Under the pieces are notes generated by a model. That model saw nothing but the letters and a program-made list of their open reading frames with translations, ran no database searches and was not told the DNA's origin. Position numbers and translations under genes: made by a program. A stretch of 64,000 nt of DNA from NCBI GenBank assembly GCA_045576095.1, contig JAZNFP010000059.1, positions 9,911 through 73,910 of the forward strand, read 5' to 3'. Shown in pieces: positions 25,404 to 32,743 of the stretch (the first letter of the stretch is position 1; the number at the start of each line of letters is the position of its first letter). Source of the stretch: Eubacteriales bacterium. Its GTDB lineage: Bacteria; Bacillota; Clostridia; Oscillospirales; CAG-272.

Positions 25404-27206
25404 ATGAGTATAAAGAAAACCGACTGCTTTTTGACCGAACGAAAATCGAGAATTGCAGCATCCGCTCTTCTTGCTTTAACGGTTTCAATCATGATTTTTG
25501 TCGTCATACCCTTTGAAATTTACTGTAACAATCTTCCGGAACTGACCTTCTCAGTCTCCGACTTCATTGGGATACAGCTGCTTTTGGCGCTTGCTCTCTC
25601 ACTTCTCATCTTTTCTCTGCTGTTTTTTTCACCGCATGTCGTTTATGAGTACGTCTATCCCGCGTTGGTAGGCGTTCTCCTGATGTTCTTTTTGCAGGGG
25701 AATTATCTTAACGTCGGTCTTTCCTCGCTTGACGGCGATGAGCTCGGCGGCGGTGTCCCCCCCTCAACGTACGTGTGGAATACGGCGGTTTGGTTGCTCG
25801 TTATCGGCGGCTCTGTCCTTGCTTACCGACTCATCAAGCAAAAGAGCACGGTGAAGCTCGCCGCCATCATCGTGTCGGTTGCCGTTTTGGCAACCCAGCT
25901 GATGAATTTTTCCGTCAGCTCACTGTCCACAGAGGGGGCGTACGATTCTGCGATTGACCGTGTTTATGGGAAATATGCGGAGAATCCGCGCTTCCTTACC
26001 AACAAGGGTATCGGAACGGTCGGCTCGCAGAAGAACGTGATTGTGATCTGTGTTGATCGCTTTGATACGCTGCTCTACGTAGAGCCTGCCATGCAGAAGT
26101 ACCCTAAATCCTTTGAAGCGCTCGATGGCTTTACCTTCTACAGAGATGCCGTATCTCTTTACGGATACACCTTCCCCTCCGTTGCCTATATGATGTCCGC
26201 GATCGAATACGACCACTCGGGCGACCGCCTTGCGTACTTTGATCGCGTATATCAAGAGAATCAAACGATCTCGCGTCTTCACGAGCTTGGCTATTCGGTT
26301 CATCTTTTCAGCGAAGCCTACTACGACTATTCCAACGCCAACGAGCTTCCGAATTACGTCGAAAATGCGATTGAAACCGACCGCGAGTCGCTTGAGACCA
26401 AAAATCGCTTCCCCGATCGCTTCGCGCTTGCCATTACAAAGATGTCGTTGTACCGCATTTTTCCCTTCGTTTTGAAATCCACGGTTGGCGGTGTCAGCTC
26501 GGATACCTGCAACGAATATATCCTCTATACCAGCCGGGATCTTTCGGGATATCATGCATATTCCTATGATATGAAGGACGTATACAAGGATATTCTGCGC
26601 CGCCTCAAAGTCGGCTTTGAAGCGAAGGGAGAAAAAAACTTCACTTTTCTTCATATCAGCGGATGCCATAACGCAAAATACGACGAGAACTGGGAAAAAT
26701 CCGGGCATAAGAAAGACGTTCTTGTGTCGGCAAAGAACAGCATGGAGCTGATATCCTCTTATTTAAACGGCATCAAGGCAATCTCCGAGGATCTTTATCG
26801 AGATTCCACCATCATCATTATGGGCGATCACGGTAAGGTTCTTCATCCGTTAAAGGACTTTTCCGCTCCCATGATGACGGCGTTTTTCGTCAAGCCCTCC
26901 GGAGAGGCCGGCACCGAGCTTCGGATCTCTGATGCCCCGGTTGCACAGGAGAACCTTTGGGCAACCATCTTTGAGTCCGAGGGCATTGACTACGATTCTA
27001 CCGCCTTTGCTCCGTCGGTCTTTACGGTTGAACAGAATTTCCTGGAAAGCGGTGACTATCCCGAACGAAAATTTATCTGGACAGCGCGCAAGGTCGGCAT
27101 GGCCTCTTACGATACCGTTGAATATAAGATTACGGGTCCCGCGCGCGACTTTTCAAGCTGGCATGTGGATGCACGGAACCACTACGACAATACGCTATTC
27201 CATTGA
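25404..27206 (+). CDS. LTA-synthase-family (sulfatase-fold) membrane phosphotransferase
   Basis: About 190 aa of N-terminal TM helices, then an extracytoplasmic alkaline-phosphatase-superfamily domain (...NVIVICVDRFDTL..., ...GYTFPSVAYMMSA..., ...IIIMGDHGK...). Confidence 0.8.
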   Translation: MSIKKTDCFLTERKSRIAASALLALTVSIMIFVVIPFEIYCNNLPELTFSVSDFIGIQLLLALALSLLIFSLLFFSPHVVYEYVYPALVGVLLMFFLQGNYLNVGLSSLDGDELGGGVPPSTYVWNTAVWLLVIGGSVLAYRLIKQKSTVKLAAIIVSVAVLATQLMNFSVSSLSTEGAYDSAIDRVYGKYAENPRFLTNKGIGTVGSQKNVIVICVDRFDTLLYVEPAMQKYPKSFEALDGFTFYRDAVSLYGYTFPSVAYMMSAIEYDHSGDRLAYFDRVYQENQTISRLHELGYSVHLFSEAYYDYSNANELPNYVENAIETDRESLETKNRFPDRFALAITKMSLYRIFPFVLKSTVGGVSSDTCNEYILYTSRDLSGYHAYSYDMKDVYKDILRRLKVGFEAKGEKNFTFLHISGCHNAKYDENWEKSGHKKDVLVSAKNSMELISSYLNGIKAISEDLYRDSTIIIMGDHGKVLHPLKDFSAPMMTAFFVKPSGEAGTELRISDAPVAQENLWATIFESEGIDYDSTAFAPSVFTVEQNFLESGDYPERKFIWTARKVGMASYDTVEYKITGPARDFSSWHVDARNHYDNTLFH

Positions 27207-27233
27207 TAGCGATACCGAAAAGAAGGATAGTAT

Positions 27234-29339
27234 ATGGATACGGTCATCAGTTATATCTGCATTCCGCTCGGACTGCTTATGAAGTGGTGTTGGCTTGCGG
27301 TCAAGGACTATGGACTTGCCATACTCCTTTTCACGCTGGCGACGAAGGTTGTTCTGCTTCCCCTTTCGATCTGGATCCAAAAGAACTCGATTCAGATGGT
27401 CAAGCTTCAGCCTGAGATTAATTTTCTCAAGGTCAAGAACCTCGGGAACGGAGATCTGATTGCGGAGGAGCAGGCAAAGCTCTTTAAGCGCGAGCATTAT
27501 CATCCGATGCTCTCTCTCATTCCTCTGCTTCTTCAGATTCTGCTTCTGCTTGGAGTCGTTCAAATCATCTATCATCCTCTGACGTACCTCTTCGGCGTAT
27601 CTGCAGCCGATGTCAAGCTGCTTGCAGAGGCAATCGGTGCGAATACCGCCGAGAGCTCGTTTCAGCTTGCCATCGTCGATGCATTCAAATCGGGCGAGCT
27701 TTCTTCGGCAACGGTAATTTCGGGTATAGATCCTGCCTATCTCGCTTCTCTTGCCGAGCGCGTTTCGGCATTTGATCTTGCATTTTTGGGACTCAATCTT
27801 TCGGTCGTTCCAATGGGGACCTGGGCAAAGTACACCTGGATTCCTCTGCTTGCCGGCCTCTCCTCCTGGATTCTCTGTCAAACGCAGAATATGTCAAACG
27901 TTCTGCAACACGAGCAGAGCCCCTGGAACAAGTACGGCATTATGATCTTCAGCGTCCTTCTCTCGCTCTATCTCGGCGTTTTCGTTCCGATCGGTATTGC
28001 GATTTACTGGATCCTAAGCAATCTCTTCTCGGTGATTCAGATGTATCTTCTGAATGTCCTAATCAACCCCAAAAAGCACGTTGACTACAAGGCGCTTGAG
28101 GAAAGCCGTGTTGCACTCGCAAATTTGAAGGCGTTTGGCGAGGAGGACAAAAAGAGTGAGGAGCACAGAATAAATCGCCAAAGAGAACGCGAGGACATCA
28201 AGCGCTTTAAGAAGATTGTCAATAAGCACGTCGTGTTCTATTCCGAACGTGGCGGCTTCTATAAATACTATAAGGATCTGATTGCCGAGCTGTTAAGGCG
28301 CTCCAACCTCTCGATCCATTACATCACAAACGATCCGGATGACTCGATCTTTGATATCGCAAAAACCGAGCCGAAAATCAAGCCGTACTACGTTTCGCTG
28401 AAGAAAACGGCAACCCTGATGATGCTCATGGAATGCGATATGTTCGTCATGACAACCCCCGATCTCAATAAATTCTACCTCAAGCGCTCCTTTATCAAAT
28501 CCGATATTGAATACGTTTACGTACCGCACGATATGATGAGCGTACACATGAGCTTCCGTGAGGGTGCATTTGACGCCTTTGATACGGTGTTTTGCGTCGG
28601 GCCTCACGTTGAGCGAGAGCTGCGTGAAATAGAGCGCGTATACGGACTGAAGGAAAAGAAGCTCGTGCGGTTCGGATATCCTCTTGCCGACCTTCTTTCG
28701 GTCGAGGGGAAAAAGGCCGCTGACGAAAAGAAGGACTCGTCGGTTAAGGAAATTCTGATCGCGCCTTCCTGGCAGGAGGACAATCTTCTCGACAGCTGTA
28801 TCGACGACATAATTTCGGCGCTTTACGGCACCGGGAATCATATCATCGTCCGTCCCCACCCCGAGTATGCAAAGCGCTTCCCAAACGCCCTTGCCGAGCT
28901 GACACAGCGTTACCGCGAGTATGACGAGAGCAAGCTGAGCTTTGAGTTCAACTTTTCGGTCAATCGCTCGATTTATGCATCCGACGTTTTAATTACCGAC
29001 TGGTCGGGTGTTGCAACCGAGTTCTGCTTTGCTACGGGGCGTCCCGCCATCTTCATTAACACGAAGATGAAGTGTCCCAATCCCAACTACACGAAGATCC
29101 CTCTTACCCCCGTTGAAATTTCCCTTCGAAGCACCGTCGGTGTCGCGCTTGACAAGACCGAGCTATCCACCCTCCCCGAGGTCCTCAAGCAGCTTGGCGA
29201 GAGAGGTGATGAATATCGCACCGTCATCCGCGAAACCGAGTCCTCCCTGATCTTCAACCACGGCACAGCTGCAAAATGCGGCGCCGACTATATTCTCCGC
29301 TCGCTTTCTGCCCGTCAGAGCAAATCTAAAAACAAGTAA
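27234..29339 (+). CDS. Fusion protein: N-terminal YidC/Oxa1-type insertase domain + C-terminal CDP-glycerol glycerophosphotransferase (TagB/TagF) domain
   Basis: aa 1-280: ...DYGLAILLFTLATKVVLLPLSIW...MVKLQPE... and ...PIGIAIYWILSNLFSVIQMYLLN (YidC hallmarks). aa 281-330: K/E/R-rich linker. aa 331-701: ...ILIAPSWQEDN..., ...IIVRPHPEY..., ...VLITDWSGVATEF... (Glyphos_transf hallmarks). No in-frame stop. Confidence 0.8.
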   Translation: MDTVISYICIPLGLLMKWCWLAVKDYGLAILLFTLATKVVLLPLSIWIQKNSIQMVKLQPEINFLKVKNLGNGDLIAEEQAKLFKREHYHPMLSLIPLLLQILLLLGVVQIIYHPLTYLFGVSAADVKLLAEAIGANTAESSFQLAIVDAFKSGELSSATVISGIDPAYLASLAERVSAFDLAFLGLNLSVVPMGTWAKYTWIPLLAGLSSWILCQTQNMSNVLQHEQSPWNKYGIMIFSVLLSLYLGVFVPIGIAIYWILSNLFSVIQMYLLNVLINPKKHVDYKALEESRVALANLKAFGEEDKKSEEHRINRQREREDIKRFKKIVNKHVVFYSERGGFYKYYKDLIAELLRRSNLSIHYITNDPDDSIFDIAKTEPKIKPYYVSLKKTATLMMLMECDMFVMTTPDLNKFYLKRSFIKSDIEYVYVPHDMMSVHMSFREGAFDAFDTVFCVGPHVERELREIERVYGLKEKKLVRFGYPLADLLSVEGKKAADEKKDSSVKEILIAPSWQEDNLLDSCIDDIISALYGTGNHIIVRPHPEYAKRFPNALAELTQRYREYDESKLSFEFNFSVNRSIYASDVLITDWSGVATEFCFATGRPAIFINTKMKCPNPNYTKIPLTPVEISLRSTVGVALDKTELSTLPEVLKQLGERGDEYRTVIRETESSLIFNHGTAAKCGADYILRSLSARQSKSKNK

Positions 29340-29364
29340 AACAAGAAGAAAGAGGTACCTGATT

Positions 29365-29604
29365 ATGTATTTGAGCATGCTTTACATCGATCCTGCAGCA
29401 ACCACCGCCCTCCTCTCCTCGGTTACGGCGATCGCCGTTGCCTGCGGCGCCACCTTTATTATCCTTTGGCGCAAGCTGAAAAAGGGCGCAAAGAACGTTC
29501 TTCATATTGATGAAAACGCCGGAAAAGAGGTTGAGTCCGAGCTCGTTATCATCGACGAGGAAACCGCAGAGCCTGCTGTCAAGGAAACCGTTGAAAGCAA
29601 TTAA
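29365..29604 (+). CDS. Small membrane protein (79 aa), last gene of the operon
   Basis: AAGAGG RBS. One hydrophobic helix (AATTALLSSVTAIAVACGATFIILW), then a KK stop-transfer and an acidic tail. Confidence 0.5.
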   Translation: MYLSMLYIDPAATTALLSSVTAIAVACGATFIILWRKLKKGAKNVLHIDENAGKEVESELVIIDEETAEPAVKETVESN

Positions 29605-29619
29605 ATCGCGCAAAACCAA

Positions 29620-29654
29620 GGGAGCTCCCATGCTGATCAGCACGGGAGCTCCCC
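29620..29654. terminator. Long palindromic hairpin between convergent genes
   Basis: GGGAGCTCCCATGCTGA / TCAGCACGGGAGCTCCC (17 bp, one mismatch). The T-tract is weak (CCTTATACTTTT). Confidence 0.55.
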
Positions 29655-29667
29655 TTATACTTTTAGT

Positions 29668-30984
29668 TTACTTCACAAATTCGGAATAGATACACTTGAG
29701 CGCATTGACGTAATCCCCCTCATCAACGCCGACGATGATGTTGAGCTCGCTCGAGCCCTGGTCGATCATCTTGATGTTGATCGAAGCATCGGCAAGCGCA
29801 CGGAAGATTCTCGCGGCAGTTCCCTTAGCTTTAACCATCGAGCGTCCGACGATTGCAATCAAGGCAAGATTATCCTCAATATCAATGGCATCCGGCTCGG
29901 TCATGCGACAGATTTCGGTGAGAAGAAAATCACGCTTGCCGATGATATCGTTTGAATTAACGACGACCGACATCGTGTCGATTCCGGAGGGAAGATGCTC
30001 AAAGCAGACCTCGCATTTCTCAAGCGCCTCAAGGAGACGGCGACCGAAGCCAATCTCGGAATTCATCATGTCCTTTTCAACCGTTACGACAGAAAAGCCG
30101 CGCTTACCTGCAATTCCAGTGATGACGTGCTCCGAGATTGCATCGGTGGAATGCGCAACGATCATCGTTCCTCTATCCTCGGGACGGTTCGTATTGCGGA
30201 TATTAATCGGGATCCCGGCGTAACGGACGGGGAAAATGGCATCCTCGTGCAGAACGGTTGCGCCCATGTATGAAAGCTCGCGCAGCTCCTTATAGGTAAT
30301 GGTGTCAATAACGCGAGGATTCTCAATCAATCGGGGATCCGCCATTAAAAATCCCGAAACGTCGGTCCAGTTCTCGTATAGATCGGCATTCACCGCACGA
30401 GCAACAATCGAGCCAGTAATATCAGAGCCACCGCGCGAAAAGGTCTTGATCGTACCGTTCGGCATGCTGCCGTAGAACCCGGGAATAACTGCCTGATAAT
30501 GCTCCTTTAAGATCGCCGATAGGATGATGTTGGTTTTCTCGGAATCAAAATTTCCATCCTCACGGAAGAAGATATACTTCTGAGGATCGATAAAATCAAA
30601 GCCGAGATAATTCGCAAGGATGATACCGTTCAAATACTCTCCGCGGCTTGCAATATAGTCACGGCCCGCACAGTGCAAAATAGCGGTGCGGATCGTTTCA
30701 AACTCCTTTTCCAGGGAAAGATCCAGCCCAAGCTCCTCGATGATCGAGCGGTAACGAGCCTCAATTTTAGAGAAGGTCTCATCGATCCCCTGGTCCGCAA
30801 GTGCGAGCTCAAAGCAACGGTACAAAAGATCCGTCACCTTCTCATCCTCGGAAAAACGCTTTCCGGGGGCTGACGGGATCACGTAACGGCGGCAGGACTC
30901 CGCACGGACGATCTCCCCGACTCTGCGAAAATGCTCGGCATCGGCAAGCGAGCTGCCTCCGAATTTCAAAACCTTAAGTTGCAC
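29668..30984 (-). CDS. lysC: Aspartate kinase
   Basis: (GTG)QLKVLKFGGSSLADAEHF... and C-terminal ACT domains (...LALIAIVGRSM...INIKMIDQGSSELNIIVGV...). GAGGT RBS. Confidence 0.93.
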   Translation of the reverse strand: MQLKVLKFGGSSLADAEHFRRVGEIVRAESCRRYVIPSAPGKRFSEDEKVTDLLYRCFELALADQGIDETFSKIEARYRSIIEELGLDLSLEKEFETIRTAILHCAGRDYIASRGEYLNGIILANYLGFDFIDPQKYIFFREDGNFDSEKTNIILSAILKEHYQAVIPGFYGSMPNGTIKTFSRGGSDITGSIVARAVNADLYENWTDVSGFLMADPRLIENPRVIDTITYKELRELSYMGATVLHEDAIFPVRYAGIPINIRNTNRPEDRGTMIVAHSTDAISEHVITGIAGKRGFSVVTVEKDMMNSEIGFGRRLLEALEKCEVCFEHLPSGIDTMSVVVNSNDIIGKRDFLLTEICRMTEPDAIDIEDNLALIAIVGRSMVKAKGTAARIFRALADASINIKMIDQGSSELNIIVGVDEGDYVNALKCIYSEFVK

Positions 30985-31012
30985 AGCTTTAACCTCGATT
31001 CATAGTCATATA

Positions 31013-31042
31013 TCAAAAATGAGTACCACCGGAGTGGTACTC
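31013..31042 (-). terminator. Intrinsic terminator after tRNA-Ser
   Basis: Minus strand GAGTACCAC-tccg-GTGGTACTC followed by ATTTTTGA. Confidence 0.8.
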
Positions 31043-31045
31043 AAA

Positions 31046-31137
31046 TGGCGGAGAGAGTGAGATTCGAACTCACGGAACGGTATTAGCGTTCACACGATTT
31101 CCAGTCGTGCGCCTTAGACCAGCTCAGCCATCTCTCC
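31046..31137 (-). tRNA. tRNA-Ser (anticodon GGA), CCA encoded
   Basis: Reverse complement GGAGAGATGGCTGAGCTGGTCTAAGGCGCACGACTGGAAATCGTGTGAACGCTAATACCGTTCCGTGAGTTCGAATCTCACTCTCTCCGCCA. It has a 7-bp acceptor stem, anticodon stem CACGA/TCGTG with loop CTGGAAA, a long variable arm and T-loop GTTCGAATC. Confidence 0.93.
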
Positions 31138-31149
31138 AGCGACTTTTGT

Positions 31150-31178
31150 ATTATAGCATACTTATTCAGAAAAATCAA
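31150..31178 (-). promoter_or_regulatory. Sigma-A-type promoter of tRNA-Ser
   Basis: Minus strand TTGATT (31173-31178), 17 nt, TGcTATAAT (-10 at 31150-31155), 12 nt before the mature 5' end. Confidence 0.7.
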
Positions 31179-31229
31179 TACCTTTTCCGAAATTTCGCCT
31201 ATTATTTTCTGAAAAGTAAGGGATAACGT

Positions 31230-31262
31230 GCGAGACCGTGCAAGCACGGTCTCGCAAAAAAA
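31230..31262 (-). terminator. Stem-loop immediately 3' of the Cys-rich gene (non-canonical: the U-tract precedes the stem)
   Basis: Minus strand: stop TAA, TTTTTTT, then GCGAGACCGTG-cttg-CACGGTCTCGC (11 bp). No U-tract follows the stem. Confidence 0.4.
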
Positions 31263-32168
31263 TTACTTTCCGTTTCCGCAACCGCATCTTCCGGCAAGGT
31301 TGCTCAAGCCGGTTGCATTTGCACTTGAGGTCGAAAGAAGGGCTCTCGCGTTGCCGTTGCCGTTGCCGTTCTGGGCACAGTTCGTTCCGGCAAACTCTCC
31401 CGTCGGAAACGCCATCGTTCGGAAAAGGCTGCAGGGATCGTCCTGCTCGGCCGTAACGCTCTCCTTATCCGGAACGCTGTAGTCGCTTGCACTGATCAAA
31501 AGCTGCGCGGGGCGCTTTAAGCGAATGACCGAGAAGATACCGAGGGAAACGTACAGACGGTTACCGCAGTCGGGATCAACGAGCGGCCCGATCAAGGAAG
31601 AGCAAACCGCCTCGGGAATCTCGTCACAGCGACAGAAGCAACAGCCGCACTGAAGATTTCTCTCGCAGATCTTCACCGAGAGCGCGATCGGATCAACAAC
31701 CTCGACAACGCCTACGGGGAGATTGGAGGCAGCCTCGGCGGGACTGAAGTCGCACAGCCCCGTATCGCTGCTGCTCGTAAAGATTTTGACACTTCCCTCG
31801 CCGCCGTACAGAACGGCACGCTTTTCAAGGACTGCGATTCCCGCAAAATCCTGACTTCTTCCGGTTGCAACGCACCCCTCAAAGGAAAGCTTGACGTAGT
31901 ATCTCGCCGTAAGCTGATAGAAGCCGCAGTTGAAGGGAATGGGATCAACGCTGATCTGTGTCCAAACAACCTCGGCGCTGCGAACTCTTACCGTGCAGGT
32001 ATTGTCAATAACCTCCTGACCAAGCGCTGTCAGATAGATTCTGACGTCCTCGTAGCAATCGCGATCGCGAGAGGAATCAAGGATACGGTAAGTATCAATG
32101 CAGACCGTCTCCCGTCCGCCAAGCGCACCGTTCCCCTGGGCACATCTGTTTTCTGCCATACAGAACAT
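31263..32168 (-). CDS. Cysteine-rich hypothetical protein (301 aa, 20 Cys)
   Basis: ORF with RBS TAGGAG. Features: CIDTYRILDSSRDRDC, CGCCFCRC cluster, NGNGNGN repeat, C-terminal GRCGCGNGK. No signal peptide or TM helix. I recognise no family. Confidence 0.65.
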   Translation of the reverse strand: MFCMAENRCAQGNGALGGRETVCIDTYRILDSSRDRDCYEDVRIYLTALGQEVIDNTCTVRVRSAEVVWTQISVDPIPFNCGFYQLTARYYVKLSFEGCVATGRSQDFAGIAVLEKRAVLYGGEGSVKIFTSSSDTGLCDFSPAEAASNLPVGVVEVVDPIALSVKICERNLQCGCCFCRCDEIPEAVCSSLIGPLVDPDCGNRLYVSLGIFSVIRLKRPAQLLISASDYSVPDKESVTAEQDDPCSLFRTMAFPTGEFAGTNCAQNGNGNGNARALLSTSSANATGLSNLAGRCGCGNGK

Positions 32169-32175
32169 CTCCTAT

Positions 32176-32211
32176 AACACAAAGTATCGAGGCTCCGCAG
32201 AACCTCGATAC
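32176..32211 (-). terminator. Intrinsic terminator after the mini P-loop gene
   Basis: Minus strand GTATCGAGG-ttctgcggag-CCTCGATAC followed by TTTGTGTT. Confidence 0.65.
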
Positions 32212-32242
32212 CATGATATGCACAGATATTTTTTTTGCTAAA

Positions 32243-32650
32243 TCAAACGAGAGAGCGCATCTCCTCGGAGCAATCCTCAATCGGTGCAGAAACCGTCATA
32301 ACGAAATTGAAGCCGTAGGTGTCCGAAAGCTTACGGACACGGGAAACGACCGATTCAACGCCCGCCATATCGTACTTACAAATCTTCAGTGCCGCATCTA
32401 CGAAAATATCGGTAATATCGTGATCGCTTGCAGCAAGACCGGCAATAAAACCGTAAAGTGCATCTGCGCTCTCGATGCCGAACGCCGTCGTATCGACAAG
32501 TCGAGCCTTGTATGTAACGTCAAAATTCAGGGTGTTTCCATACTCGACACAAATGACCGAGCCCTTCGTCGCTGCCGCTGCAGCATTGACCTGCTCAATC
32601 AGATTCTTGGTTTTTCCGGAGCCTCTTGCGCCGATGATTAACTTAACCAC
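32243..32650 (-). CDS. Minimal Walker-A (P-loop) protein, 135 aa
   Basis: GTG start at 32650, 7 nt after AGGAGG. (M)VKLIIGARGSGKTKNLIEQ... Walker A. A possible Walker B is DITDIFVDAA. The track ORF start at 32731 lacks an RBS. Confidence 0.6.
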   Translation of the reverse strand: MVKLIIGARGSGKTKNLIEQVNAAAAATKGSVICVEYGNTLNFDVTYKARLVDTTAFGIESADALYGFIAGLAASDHDITDIFVDAALKICKYDMAGVESVVSRVRKLSDTYGFNFVMTVSAPIEDCSEEMRSLV

Positions 32651-32690
32651 TGTTTCTTCCTCCTGAAATCTGGATTTTGTACCCAAGTAC

Positions 32691-32719
32691 ATTATACACG
32701 ATTCCCGCGAAAAAAACAA
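32691..32719 (-). promoter_or_regulatory. Sigma-A-type promoter of the mini P-loop gene
   Basis: Minus strand TTGTTT (32714-32719), 17 nt, TATAAT (32691-32696). Confidence 0.55.
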
Positions 32720-32743
32720 TACCTTTTGCACAAAAAGTCGGGC

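Noticed and set aside
29620-29654. Nested palindrome (GGGAGCTCCC arms around TGCTGATCAGCA) considered as a recombinase site or mobile-element end
   Set aside because: It is a single copy with no second copy, flanking direct repeats or recombinase gene in the window. It sits exactly between two convergent stop codons, as expected for a bidirectional terminator.
30985-31045. Expected lysine riboswitch (L-box) upstream of lysC. An S-box or T-box was likewise expected upstream of metY (21146-21175) and glnS (19455-19492).
   Set aside because: The upstream gaps are only 61, 30 and 38 nt, and the first is occupied by the tRNA-Ser terminator. That is too short for any of these leader RNAs, and none of their conserved cores is visible.
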